Below are positions 27,181 through 40,340 of a DNA stretch of 64,000 nt, one piece after another; the stretch's first letter is position 1; every line of letters begins with the position of its first letter. The notes beneath the pieces are model-generated. The model made no database searches. It saw only the letters and a list, made by a program, of their open reading frames with translations, and was not told where the DNA came from. The DNA comes from Octopus bimaculoides (taxonomy: Eukaryota). The translations under genes were made by a program, and so were the position numbers. The stretch covers positions 40,728,740 to 40,792,739 of the forward strand of contig NC_068989.1 in the NCBI RefSeq assembly GCF_001194135.2. The letters are read 5' to 3'.

Positions 27181-27594
27181 ATTATTAAACACAAGCAGCT
27201 TCGCTGAGATGTGTAACAATGTGTATGCTGTCCACAACATTTGTATTTCGATAACCCTATGGAGGATTCATATAGTTCCAAGCAACGCTATTTTCTGTAG
27301 ATTAAGTTTGTGAGCTTGGGTATTTATAGTTCCCCTCTCCAATAACAACGGGTACAAATCTAACCTTCTTGAATGACTACAATATTTTTATATCTCATTT
27401 CAAATCGTCCTGTCCACTGTGCTCCTCTTTTTCTTTTTACAAGGCATTCTTGATGAAATCGACCAACCAGTCCCCATAAAATTTCAGGCTCTGTGCCTAT
27501 AGTATAAAGAATTATTATTTGTAACATTTTCTCACCGTAATCTGAGTTATGTATTTGCTTAGGTCATATTTAGTAGATAAAAACTTACCTTAAG

Positions 27595-27850
27595 TTTTAC
27601 ATATGGTGCTGTGATAACAAAACCAACTTGATATTTTGACTTCTTCCTTTATCTAAGACTCGGAACGTAGTTAATGAGATGTGTAAATTACTAAACCAAA
27701 ACATTATTTTTCTTTTAAACGTAAAATGTTTGGATATACAAATGGTATAATTTGATAAGTTGCAACGTACTATATATCTTTGTATGTTTGTTTTACGGTT
27801 ATATTTTTCTACAAAAGTCCTTCTGCCAATATACCTTTCGACCAATTATA
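27595..27850 (-). mobile_element. Penelope-like GIY-YIG remnant
   Basis: ORF track reads ERYIGRRTFVEKYNRKTNIQRY...NLSNY, resembling the YIG.T..F..RY..H motif. Confidence 0.4.
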
Positions 27851-28887
27851 TTTCAGTTAATGAGATTGCTACGAATGTGTTTTCTATGACTGCTGCTATT
27901 ACTATATTTTGGTTCTTTCAATAGCTTAATACTGACGAAGGCCGCATACTCCTCCCGTAGATTCCATTTCCACATTAGTAGAGGCAGGATCTGCTTCGGT
28001 GAGGCAGAAATTGCGTGGATCCAATAAATCAGTTTGTTGAAGCTTGCCTCCACCGTATACCAGTCTCCCGCAATTCAACGCTGAGATTTTTTATCATTGA
28101 GGTTTTGTTATCTAGGTGTTTGGTCCGGGACTGTTTATTTTTATATTCACAGCTAACCCTCATATTTGAAGGACTTTCATCTATCCTCAACGTGGGGACA
28201 TGTTGGATGGAAGTTTTCTCCTTACATCAGGGGCTGCCAAATGGTTTGACTCAGCCTTTCCCACGACCACTACCAACTTCTTTAGAGGCCCTCCCTACGG
28301 ATTTTCTGTAGGGATTTACGCCGTTAGCTTTTCACATTCCCATGTGTATAAGCAGATGAAATTGGAATATAATAATATGAAAATAAGAATATAAAAAGGA
28401 ATATAAAAACAATATAATAAGGAATATAAAAATAACAATATAAAAAGGAATATATAAATATAAAAGGAAGCTTAGAAATATACAATATATATATATAATT
28501 TGAAATAATTAGTTTGATCTTGCCGAGGAAAATGCACATCGGAAGATAATTTTAAAGAATTAGTTCGTATAGACTCCTGAAAAAGCCAGGAAAGCTCTAC
28601 GCTCTTACTTCACTTGCTGGGGAAATCAGTCACAGTTCTTCAAACGCACTCTACTGTCTTTAACAATCTAGTCGATATACAGAAAGACAGACTGGTCATC
28701 ACAAATTCTTTGATCCCAAGTTCATTGAATCAGAGTTGTTATGGGATTAAGCTCCAACGATTTATTTTTTCTCACTCTCTTTCTTTCTCTCTCCCCCTCT
28801 CTCTCTCTCTCTCTATTTTGAACTAGGCCAGATACTTGCTCATAATATTCAGTTCTTTTGCCACATAGACTGACTTTAATATTGGTT

Positions 28888-29090
28888 TTAAATTTCGGCA
28901 CAAGACCAGTAATTACGGGGGAAGGTGTAAGTCGAGTACACTGAGGTCAGTGCTCAACTGGTATTTATTTTATCAACTCAAATGGATGAAAGGCAAAGTT
29001 GACTTCGGCATAAAGACGGACGAAATGCTGCTAAACAGTTTTGCCGGCATGCTAACGATTCTGCCAACACGTCGCCTCCGCCTGAATTTA
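28888..29090 (-). mobile_element. SINE family B, antisense copy about 320 bp upstream of exon 29410
   Basis: Reverse complement reads aggcgacgtgttggcagaatcgttagcatgccgg...catttcgtccgtc...actttgcctttcatcc...gataaaataaataccagttgagcactg. Confidence 0.8.
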
Positions 29091-29409
29091 ATACTGATAT
29101 ATCAAGTTGTTCTTAATGAAATTAATATAGCTCCTTGTACTTGTATCTTGTCAGATAAATCCATGTTTAGACACTTTCCTGCGTTTGATACACCAGTGGT
29201 AGGTGTTCTCTTTCATTCAAGTCGAGGACATAAAGTTAACTTTTCATGCTGCTTCTGTTCAGCGCACAACCCATCACCGTATTTCAAAATTGATCTTGAT
29301 AATAAACAAGCAAAATCTTTATTTCCAACTTTGTTTCTCCATCTCAAAGTTCCCTTTATTTCGATGTTCCTCTTCCATATGCTAATATATTTTCTTTCTC
29401 TCCACACAG

Positions 29410-29630
29410 GATATTGAAGTTATATCATACCACAACAACGTCACTAGTGTAACGTTTTCACACTGCTACGATAGCGCTATCCCAGAAGACAAGCGGCTTG
29501 CGTACGCCATTTATCAGTTGACTGTGATGTTTCTGGCACCTACACTAATCATGATCATCTGCTATACTTTTGTTATTTATGTTCTCTGGCTCAGCTCGAA
29601 GCAACTGAAAAGTATGACATCAGCGAACTG
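29410..29630 (+). CDS. GPCR exon: ECL2-TM5-start of ICL3
   Basis: ctttctctccacacag|GAT acceptor and TG|gtaaga donor. Reads DIEVISYHNNVTSVTFSHCYDSAIPEDKRLAYAIYQLTVMFLAPTLIMIICYTFVIYVLWLSSKQLKSMTSAN: ECL2 Cys, NVT sequon, TM5 Pro and CY. Phase 0 in, phase 2 out (221 nt). Confidence 0.92.
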
Positions 29631-30860
29631 GTAAGAAAACACATTATAAACACCACGGCATGCGTGCCACTCAAGGGAAGCCGCATGTATGATATAAATG
29701 CGAGATTAAATGCAGTATAACATTTTATCTTGTGTGACAGGTATTTATATAAAATAGTTTTGTTGGACATAGAAACCCTGAGACATTTCCTACTGACTAA
29801 TTAATAATTCTCGAAAGATCCCCGAAGATAAGCTGTTTTCATACGCGCTGTATCGTTCTTACTGTCATGTTCACAAAAAATACCCCTTTGAACATACGAG
29901 GGCGTTTTAACGAGTGAATTTTTTTTTTTTTTCTTTTACTATACCTGCTAAAGATGCGAAAGCGAGCAGTCTCATTGTTTTATATTTATGACTAAAGATA
30001 ACAATGTTTCTGCCGATTAGCGAGTAGTGGTTAGAGAATTGTGCGACAACCCACTTATACATCTTCCAGGCGTATAGCCAAGTGCAATCACATCTAAAAT
30101 ATAGTCGTGGCTTCATAGTGTTAAAATAGTCTTGTTGCAAGCTTGAAACGAGAGAAAAATTGGTTTCGTGGCAAAAAGAGCTAGATCTGTGACACACTTT
30201 GTCACACTGTAGTACAGAAGGAGTTTTCACTTGAGGAAGTTTCACATAATTTAATATCGCAACTTTACTTCACTCCATTCCAACTGGAATTGCCAGTACG
30301 GCATAACTTGAGGCAAATAATTTAAGCTAAATTCAACATTCTACGAAGTTACATATTTATAGTTTAAAAGGCATTCTTGATTATTTTTCGTTCCAGTTCT
30401 CTGTAGTTTAATGGAGTCTGAGATAAACATGGACTTCCTTTAAACTTCATATAGCAGCATGAATCGTCATTGTTTTCGCCATTCTCGTTGGTATTGTAAT
30501 TGCTGCTGTGGTGCTATCTTTGCTTTTCTTTTTATTTTTTGTGCAATACTTATAAATCATAGAACATCTGCGAAGTACATTTTTTTTGTTTTGTTGTAGT
30601 TTCAAGTCTCAGTGCACGCGAGTTCGGCATTCATTTTACCAAGGGTAATAATACAAGTATTTCGAAACTCTCTGATTTTGTGTCGTCACTATAGAAAACT
30701 TAGTTTCATTATAGAAAAATAGAAAAATAGTTTCATTAAATCACAGTTTCATAATCATAAATAGTTTCATTAAATCATACGTTGTGATTTATATGATTCA
30801 ACCAATCTTATTTCTATACACCATATGTTCTACAAACTTCATTCTTTCGTTTCCTTCATA

Positions 30861-30924
<64 letters not shown>

Positions 30925-31429
30925 CTCACACACACATGAGCACTCACATAACCATTTCCATATGTTTGTGTTTATTGAAATATCAGTGTCTTTATATATC
31001 TTTTATATATCTTTTTCCTGTTTTTTTTTTATTTCCAATAACACCGGCATTCCCAATAGTGTTGTGAGTCTTTGTTCTTTTATCTCCTACTTTCTAGCAA
31101 TTTTTATTTGCTTTTATTTCAAAGTTTTTTCATCAGTTGAAAGTTTTTCTCGTTCATGCAACGGTAAATTTTCATGTACTTCTTCATATTCCTACGGTGA
31201 TACCCGCAGGAAAACTTCATTATTATATGTATATAACCCGTTGGTTTACGATAGTAATAAAATCATAAACTGTTTTATTGAAATATAACAATATATTCGT
31301 AATTGATTATTATTTGGATAGGCAAAATCTTTAGAATGTGGAACAAGAATGCCTCATGATATTTCTACCGGCTCTTTACGTTCTCTGTTCAAATTCATTA
31401 TTATTATTATTATCGTTGTTGTTGTTGAT

Positions 31430-32936
31430 AAGGCTGTGAGCTAGCAGAATCGTTAGCACGGTGACCGAAATGCTTAACGGTATTTCGCCCGTCGCTACGT
31501 TCTGAGTTCAAATTCCATCGTGGTCGACTTTGTCTTTCATCATTTCGGGTTCGATAAATTAAGTACCAGTGAAACACTGGGATCGACGTAAATTACTATC
31601 TCCCACCCTCCAAATTTCGGGCCTTGTACCTATTGTAGAAAGAATTATTATTATTATTGGGCCGGTGAGCCAGCAGAATTGTTAGCACGCCGGACAAAAT
31701 GTTTAGCAACGTTTCGTCCGTCTTTATGTTCTGGGGCCGAGGTTGCTTTTCAAGCAGTAGGATCGATGTAATTGACTTAACGCCTTCCCTGAAATTGCTG
31801 ACCTTTGAAACTCTTATAACTTTATGAATGATAAAAGAAAGAAAAGAAGGCGGCATGCTGGCAGAATAGTTTGTTTGCCGGACGTTCTGAGTTCAAATTC
31901 CGCCGAGATCGATTTTTGCTTTTATTCTTTCGGGTCGATGAAATCAGTATCAGTTGAGCACTGAGGTCCATGTAATTGACTAGCGCCCGCCTGTTGTTCC
32001 TATTGTAGAGAAGATTATTATTACTCGCGGGACAGTCGAAATTCCCCAACATATTTGAAAACGTTCATATAGGAAATCCAAACAAGGTGGCGAACTGGCA
32101 GGATCGTTAGCATGCCGGACAAAATATTTAGCGGCTATTCATCCGTCTTTATGCTTTGAGTTCAAATTCCACCGGAGTCGACTTTCCCTTTCCTCCTGTC
32201 GGGGTCGATGAGATAAGTACCAGCTGAGCATTGGGATTGGTGTAATCAATTGACCCCTCCCACGAACTTGGTGGCCTTGTGCCAAAATTTAAAACCAATA
32301 TATTTAAGTCAAAAAAAGAATTTCAAAGAAATTTTCTTCAAAACCTGTTATTTAACCAAAGTTGTACTTTTAGATATAACACTTCATTTGAGTTCAAATA
32401 TCTATCAATTTGTATATTGTATTTATCAGTATACCTCTGTCAGCATATCTATAATGATATATCTGTAGACTCACTTTCCTCTCTGCCTGTCTCTCTAATT
32501 AACTATCATATCTATTGTTCCTTCTGCCAACATATGCTTAAGTCTATTCTCATAATACTCATAAGCATTTAAAGTAAAAGATAAAATGTGTTACGTCGAC
32601 AGTTATTTGCTAACTAATTTCACTAATAGTTTCATTATCTTAAACGTCTCTGCTGTGCCTGCGATTTGAATAAACAAATGTAGAATAAAATAGACGTNNN
32701 NNNNNNNNCTCATATATATATTTTTCTATAGGAATTATTATAGACGGTGAGCTGGCAGAATCATTGGCAACATTTCATCTGCCTTTATGCTCTGAGTTCA
32801 AATTCTGCCGAGGTCGGCTTTGCCTTTCATCCTTTCGGGGTCGTTAAAATAATTACTAGTGACGCACTAGGGTCGACGTAATCGACTAGCCCCATCCCAC
32901 TAAAATTTCAGACCTTGTATCAATAGTAGTAAGAAC

Positions 32937-32969
<33 letters not shown>

Positions 32970-33170
32970 GGCAGTGAGCTGGCAGAATCAGGACGGAATG
33001 CTTAGCAGTATTTCGTCTGTCACTACGTTCTAAGTTCAAATTCCACTGAGGACGATTTTGCCTTTCATCCTTTTGGGGTCGATAAATTGAGTGCCAGTTA
33101 AAGTGGGGTCGATGTAATCACAGGTTTTAGGCTTTGTGCCTATAGTAGAAAGGATTATTATTATTTCTAT
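31430..33170 (+). mobile_element. Cluster of about 6 sense SINE family B copies
   Basis: Heads near 31432, 31660, 31850, 32086, 32743 and 32968, several joined by (ATT)n. Confidence 0.85.
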
Positions 33171-33813
33171 TATTAATAATGCTACGTTTATCATTATAAA
33201 TGGTATTATACGTCAACATTGCTAATAAAATCAAATATGTCCAACATCCAACCAGCATAGCCGAAGCTGACTAATCGTTATTCCTCACCGTGACAACGAT
33301 ATGTTAACATGGAATAAACATACAATGTATTTAATTAAAATTCTATATTTGGCTGCTAAAAATCAATATTAATCAAAAACTTTGAAATAACAGTTTTAAA
33401 TTTTATGAAAGTATCCAGTGTTCATTAGTAACACAAAGTTCAAATGTAAACCGTAATTTTCATGTTTAATTGATGCTCGCGTGTTGTTTTGATTGGAAAC
33501 TACCTTGAAGGGATAAATTGTCTTCGTTTCATTTTTATGATAAATTTCATTTTTCTTCTCACCTTTAGTCATGTTGTTCTTAGTACAGACTTTTCCCTCG
33601 CTGAAGAAGATATTTGTTGTTCTTGAAATTGTTATATAATAGTTAATTCTTATTTAGGCAGACACTGCAACAAAGTCAAAGAGACAAGCTGCAGTAAAAC
33701 GTGTCTCACAGTTATCACACTCGTTCACCGTTGCCGTTATAGAAATTTCTCCACATATGTCGCTGTCTCAGCAGTTGCTTACAGATCACCAGACATGGAA
33801 TCGCTAGACTGAA

Positions 33814-33960
33814 CTGGAAAGGGTGGTTTCACCATTTAGCTGCTCTGACAAACCCACATTTTTCAGATAACTTTTAGTGGATATATCTAGCAACACTATC
33901 ATGTAGTCTTTTGTACTCAGCGACCAGCAACATCCCACTCTACTATATTAAATGAAAGTG
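33814..33960 (-). mobile_element. R4/Dong fossil, 5' half of a split element
   Basis: Minus strand reads HLI**SGMLLVAEYKRLHDSVARYIH*KLSEKCGFVRAAKW*NHPFQ, matching EY..RHD.V.RY.HW.L...G...KWY.H.P. Confidence 0.75.
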
Positions 33961-33969
33961 CGTGTGGCA

Positions 33970-34430
33970 TAATGTAGCCAGATGTTTCCTTGGACAGGGC
34001 ATAACACAGAGGTGGTAGTACATCACCTTAGCCATCTAGACACTTTATTTCCGAAACTTTCGACGTTGTTACGTATGTGGACGTCATCCACATACGCTGA
34101 CACTATACTTTGGGGGCCACTTCCAATAGGAGACTCTCGTGGATAAATCTGCAAAGGATCGCACAAGTTTGACTGCAATACCAAAGTCAAACCTTATAGC
34201 CGGCAAGCTTTGCTGAAATCCTTGACTTTATTCTATCAGAATTATGGATCAAAATTCCCAAGCATAAACCACTTATGAGGGTAATTCTTCAGCAGTGTCA
34301 TCATTTTTCGGCCCACTCAACTGCGAATACACCCAAATTTCAACCAAGTTACACAAGACAACTGTGAAGAGAGGAGTGAATACATCACACACGTAGCAAT
34401 AACTCGAACAGCAGCATATATATATGCGTT
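33970..34430 (-). mobile_element. Possible L1/Tx1-like RT remnant
   Basis: Minus strand reads IVSAYVDDVHI at about 34080-34110 (a YADD-like motif); flanks are degraded and GC is raised. Confidence 0.35.
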
Positions 34431-34989
34431 TTGGGCCCAGTTGAAGGAGTAGAAAGTGGGTCAGTCAGACTGGTGGTCCAAAGTAGAAGGCACAGTTGCT
34501 ATGCATGTGCTAGAATGAGCTACTTGAACGGTTTCTTCACGGCAGAAAATCAAATCGGAAGAGACGACGATGAACAGCAAAAAGGTACCAGCAACTACAA
34601 CAGAAGACACCAAAGATGGAGACTGAGACTGTTACTCCCGCTATTCCAAAACACTACTGTTTAAAGCTCTAAATATGGCTTGAGTGGAAGCAAAAGAAAT
34701 CCTCTCCTAAATTTATTCATAATTTATATATTTCTGCAGATGATCTTCAACTCGTATCTGAAACCTAACCTAGCAAAATTTTGTTCAAAGGCATTCTAGC
34801 CGTGATCGTCTTGGGGTTTATCGATACGAAGTATCCTGTATTTATAAAAAATGGGTGAAGGAGGGTTCGAGGGAGAATTTGAATTTTTTGTGGTTGAAAG
34901 TGAAACTACGTAGCCGGGTTCTTCCTGTAATCAATGTTTCGAGTATGTTTGAAGGAGTGTTTGTCTCTGCTTATTTCTGACTGATATTA

Positions 34990-35390
34990 TCATACTTCGT
35001 TCTGAGTTCAAATTTCGGCGAGGTCGACTTTGCCTTTCATCCTTTCGGAATCGATAAATTAAGCACTAGTGAAACACTGGGTCGATGTAATTGAATAGCC
35101 CCCTCCCGACAAATTTGAGGCCTTGTGCCTCTAGTAGAAAGGATTATTAAAGCGGCGAGCTGGCAGAATCGTTAGCACACCGGGAAAAATGTTTAGCGGC
35201 ATTTCGTTTGTCTTCATGTTCTGGGTTCAAATGCCGCCGAGGTCGACTTTTCCTTTTATCCTTTCGGGGTTGATAAATTAAGGACAAGCTGAGTACTGGG
35301 GTCGTTGTAATCGGCTTAACCCCCACCCCACAATTCCAGGCGTAGTGCTAATAGTAGAAAGAATTATTATTATTATTATTATTATTAATG
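34990..35390 (+). mobile_element. Tandem pair of SINE family B
   Basis: A 5'-truncated copy ends agaaaggattatt and is followed directly by aaagcggcgagctggcagaatcg; the second copy ends in (ATT)n. Confidence 0.85.
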
Positions 35391-35776
35391 TTATTCAGTC
35401 GCTTCGAAACATTTTTCAATAGACAGGAAATTACGTTGTTAAAATAGTTTCCAAATTTGCGTGACATTGCAAGAAATCTTCAGCTATGTTACGTGTCCTT
35501 GCCAGAATTAAAATCTTATGGCAACATGCTCACAAAGCTCTGCTTGTGTTCACAAGTAAGCATATATACANNNNNNNNNNNNNNNNNNNNNNNNNNNNNN
35601 NNNNNNNNNNNNNNNNNNNNNNNNNNNNNNNNNNNNNNNNNNNNNNNNNNNNNNNNNNNNNNNNNNNNNNNNNNNNNNNNNNNNNNNNNNNNNNNNNNNN
35701 NNNNNNNNNNNNNNNNNNNNNNNNNNNNNNNNNNNNNNNNNNNNNNNNNNNNNNNNNNNNNNNNNNNNNNNNNNNN

Positions 35777-35828
<52 letters not shown>

Positions 35829-36649
35829 TAATCAGACGGAATTAATTTGATTCAGTTTCAGCAGATCGGCTTATCTGTCTGCTTGACAAGCGGATTTGTC
35901 AGACGTTTGAATCTATATTCGTTTTGTTTAATAAATATCGAGGTACTGGATTTCTATTAAGTCATTAGTTCCGTTCATTCTCTGATGCATTAATCTCAAG
36001 ATCAAATCTTTTAAAACACACACCTATTTACACGTGATGTATATGTTTGTGTGTGTGTGTGTGTTTGTGCGTGTGTGTGTCTGTCTGTGTGTATGTGTGT
36101 ATGTGTAGCATGCATAGTCAAATTTTTAAGAAGATAGCATCTCAATCATGGAATTTCTAGTTCTATAAATGGTATCTCGAGCATGTGTTTTACCAAAACC
36201 TTTGGTCGGTTCAAACATTGGGAGGGGAAATGAGTTGGCGAAAGCTGTTTGGTAAGCCATTTTGAATGGACTACACTTCTAACTGAATGGGTCTGCCTTA
36301 CCACACACAGTGTTACATTGCTTCTTCTAAAGAATTACTTCAAGGCTACACATACCTGTGAAATACTCACCATCCTCGCTTATTCATCGTGTAGGCCATT
36401 CCGTAGATTTCACAATTGAAACAGAAATCGTCAAGACCAATGGAGTCACTTATTAAAATTGTAGCTGTAAATGAACCTAAATATCGTCGTTGTGCAAACG
36501 ATAATCGGGTCAGAGAATTTGAATTCCATCCTGATTGCGGGGTTCCTCCATGAAAGGAACATGAAAGTTTAATCTTCTCTCGAAACAAACTGGAAGAAAG
36601 ATAGTAATATAGCATTGGTGTCCGAGTTGGTTTTGTTTTCTTCAATAAT

Positions 36650-38000
36650 TTTTTTTTCTATTTTATTTAAAAGATCAACTCCAGCAGTGACAGAGTGTCG
36701 CCTGTGGAACGGCTTCGAGGTTTACCCTTTTCTCGTTTTGTGTCATTTACAGTTGTTTTGAGGCTTTACGATAGTAGACGTTTGTAACGGCAGAGAGGAC
36801 ATCGTAGTCTTTTTTCCCAGTGGTTATAGTTCTTTTCAGTGAATTGACTCTGTCTTTGAATTCACTGCAAAGAATTTAACAACGACATTTCTCTTCTTCT
36901 TCTCTAACTACATCCTAACCATCGCAGGTTTGTTTTACGGCGGCAAATTCTGTATTTCGTTTGTTGGCTCTATTCTAACGTAGCATCGATATTTATGTAG
37001 TTCTTCGATTTGATGTTTAAAATATCGCAGAACTTTTTTTCATAGAAATGCTCCAGCTTTTTGATATTCCAACGACAAATTTCACAAGAGTACAATAATG
37101 CTGATATAACGACAGCTAGATAAAACATTAGTTTTGTATTAAATCTTATTGTTAAAATCCCGTTTTGCTAGTTTTTCAAGTGCTAAATAGACTGGCCCAA
37201 TTCGGTGTTCAAAATACTATTCCTGGATTATATTTACTGGAAAAGAAACTTCCATGATAGAGAAAATAATCCCTCGAGGGATATTTCAGAGATAGCTAAG
37301 TTAAAATCTGAAAGATTGAGTTTCGGAGCAGGTCGGGTGACGGCGTTTTGATATTTTTGATCTTTTTGATTTTTTTTTATAATTACTGTTAGACCAAAGG
37401 GATTATTCGCACTGATGAGGCTGTTTACTGATCACTGAAGTTACTGATTTGTGCAGCAGACAGCAGCGTAGTTCGTCTGTGTAATAAAGATTCTGAGTGG
37501 AAATAGGTGATGTTAAGCAGATGATATCAAAATCTGGTTTTGTTAAATAGACTGATAAAAATGGTTTAAATCTTTAAATGTCAGAAACTCGTGATTCAGA
37601 ATTCTCTTTCCAGAACGAAGCAAATATTGGTCTCAGTACGAAGATTTATGGGCCACCTTCTAGCTGCAGACAGTATCAGCATCCTGACAGACCCACAAGA
37701 TATTCTCTAACACTGGATAGCGCTTTCTCCTCCATGCTAATTCTGGATTCAATGCAGTAGAAGTATTTTTCAAAAACTTTCCATATCATACTAAACTCTA
37801 TTAAAGAAAGTGCAAGTACCATTTCGCCTGTTTGAAAATGGAACAAACGGTATGAAATTACGCTAACTCTAAACTCGAGGCAAACATACCTTTTCAATTC
37901 TTAAAACAGAGTGGAAACCTCTCAAAATCAGATTGTTAATTTTATTCTGAAAGTATTTGAAGAAATAGAATCGAAAACCTTGTCAGAATTATCATTAAAA
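36650..38000 (-). mobile_element. RTE-clade LINE RT fossil
   Basis: Minus strand reads IRFNTKLMFYLAVVISALLYSCEICRWNIKKLEHFYEKKFCDILNIK (about 37150-37005), the RTE-type TK...Y.AVV...LLY.CETW...LE.FH..IL.I motif. Outer boundaries are approximate. Confidence 0.65.
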
Positions 38001-38683
38001 ATCACTATTCTATATCACAGGAAAAAGCATTTTCAAAAATGCCTCGAAACTTGTTTCAGATCAACGTGACTGAAGTTTTCGAATCTGAAGACAAATTTGC
38101 GACACTCATTGCACAATGTAAATGAAATATTTTGTGAATGGCAATTACAAATGAAAAGCAGAGACTAAAAGAAACTATTTGTCTTGTTCAAGCACTGAAA
38201 GTGTACCAAGTGATGCGATGTGGATGGCTAGTCAACATTTTCGCTCGTCAAACTTCAATTCACATGTTCAAGCACTGATCGACAGTATGTGAAGTGATTT
38301 ATTACATCATAAGTTCTTTGAGCAGTTACAAATTATATATATGTAGGTTGGAATAGGATTGGATCTTTGCACGGCACGCACTATTATCTTTTAGGTAACT
38401 TCGGTAATTCTTGAACTACATCCGGATAAACCAGGTGTTGACGTCAGAAGCTGTTTGATGTTGGAGTATTTTACGCACCAACACACACAGGAACGCTTGC
38501 ATATATATATATATATATATATATAATATTGTCAGACGTCAATCCGGAGAACATTCGAAAACGGATACATTCTGTTTGATAAGTATTAGAAATATACATT
38601 GCGTATTGAATCGTTCTTTTTTAATTAACACTTTGAAAAGTTTTATCTTGATAAAATGTTAACAAATCACGTGCGCGCGCAAT

Positions 38684-38755
<72 letters not shown>

Positions 38756-39278
38756 CACCAGTTGTATGCTATTTTTATGTGAGTGATGAAAAACCTTTCA
38801 ACAAGATTGATTTAAATGATTCAGTTAAATTGCTATTGCTTTGCATTATTCACATCCGATTTCGTACTTCATTCTTTATTGTACCACATAGGCAACAAAA
38901 CAACAGTATTTCTATTTCATATGCTATTAGCGTTCAATGAGTTTAAGCTGTTTGTAATAAATTCGTTGCAATAGCTTATAAAAAGAATTTTACAACCATG
39001 ATAAAATTTTTAAGAGTATCGATTTTTTACACAAACAGAAAAGGTTGAAATATATATGCAGAAGAATACGTCAGTGGCATGCTAATGAATGCAATATATT
39101 TGTTGACTTATCTAGAGTCTGTTACTAATTATAATTATTTACACTTCAACTTTTGCGGTCCGGTTGGAAGGAAAATGTAAAATTGGACGCCTCAACTAGC
39201 ACTAAATAAGTTTTCAACTGAGCAGCTGTATTAGATGCAAGCAATTATAACATTTAGACGTTGCCATATTATTCCTTG

Positions 39279-39341
<63 letters not shown>

Positions 39342-39452
39342 CTACTTTACTAGTGCGTTAAAAGACCGTGGTGCATTGCACAGTACACAACAAACTCGTG
39401 CATCATATATATTAACGTACATTTATTGGTATTTCATTTTATTATTTAAGTA

Positions 39453-39885
39453 AAGGTGGCGAGCTAGCAGAATCGTTAGCATGACGGGAGGAATCTTTAG
39501 CGACATTTCGTCCGTCTTCACTTTCTGAGTTCAAATTCTGCCGAGGTCGACTTAGCTTTGCGTCCTTCGGAGTCGATAAAATAAGTACCAGTTGGGTACT
39601 GGGGGCGATGTAATCGGCTTATATCCCTTCCCCAAATTTCAGGCCTAGTGCCTATAGTAGGAAGGATCATTTAAGTAATGTATGGCGGCAAGCTAGTAAA
39701 ATCGTTAGCACGCTGAACAAGATGCTTAGTGACATTTCGTCCGTCTTTACGTGCAGAGTTCAAATTCCACTGATGTCGACTTTGCCTTTCAGAATCGATG
39801 AAATAAATACTAGTTGAACGTTGGAGCCAATGTAATCCAGAAAATCCTGTCGCCAAAATTTCAGGCTTTCTGCTTATAGGAGACA
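39453..39885 (+). mobile_element. Tandem pair of SINE family B
   Basis: Heads aaggtggcgagctagcagaatcg (about 39453) and ggcggcaagctagtaaaatcg (about 39684). Confidence 0.8.
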
Positions 39886-40233
39886 CGACTGTTTAAGTAA
39901 ATTCAAATTTTTCATCATTTAGAAGGTGTTAACCAAGGTGACTATACTTGGTTCTAAAAAAATCAGCAACCCGTACAGACTTGGGAAACAAAGATTGCAG
40001 ACATTCGATGCTGTACCTGTAAATATGCGTGTGAATTTTATTCAAATATTAATAATTGTGCTGCATAATAATTTGTTATATATATATATATAATATATAT
40101 ATATATACAGAGAGAGAGAGAGAGATTTTGGTAAGCAACTCAGAAAATAATTCTTTCTGTTATAAGCACAAGGCCTGAAATTTTGTGGGAGGGGACTAGT
40201 CGATTCCATCGACCTTGGTGCTTAAGTTATCTG

Positions 40234-40340
40234 AAAGTTATCTGAAAAATGTGGGTTTGTCAGAGCAGCTAAATGGTGAAACCACCCTTTCCAGGTCATT
40301 AAGAATGAAAGTCCGATTTTGAACTGAAACTTTATTTTAC
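40234..40340 (+). mobile_element. R4/Dong fossil, 3' half of the same split element
   Basis: Reads KLSEKCGFVRAAKW*NHPFQVIKNESPILN*NF, continuing into the V.ENE...LWDF motif. The first 61 bp are the exact reverse complement of 33814-33874. Confidence 0.7.

Noticed and set aside
33601-33635. Second hammerhead-like string (CTGAAGA...GAAA); a similar one at 47023
   Set aside because: No stem I or III pairing and no NUH site; the 47023 string has GTAA instead of GAAA.
33659-33810. Candidate ICL3 exon after ttatttag
   Set aside because: The required phase-2 frame hits a stop after 12 codons; 50264-50414 fits both phases.
38100-38280. hAT dimerisation-domain remnant
   Set aside because: Resemblance too weak to support by eye.
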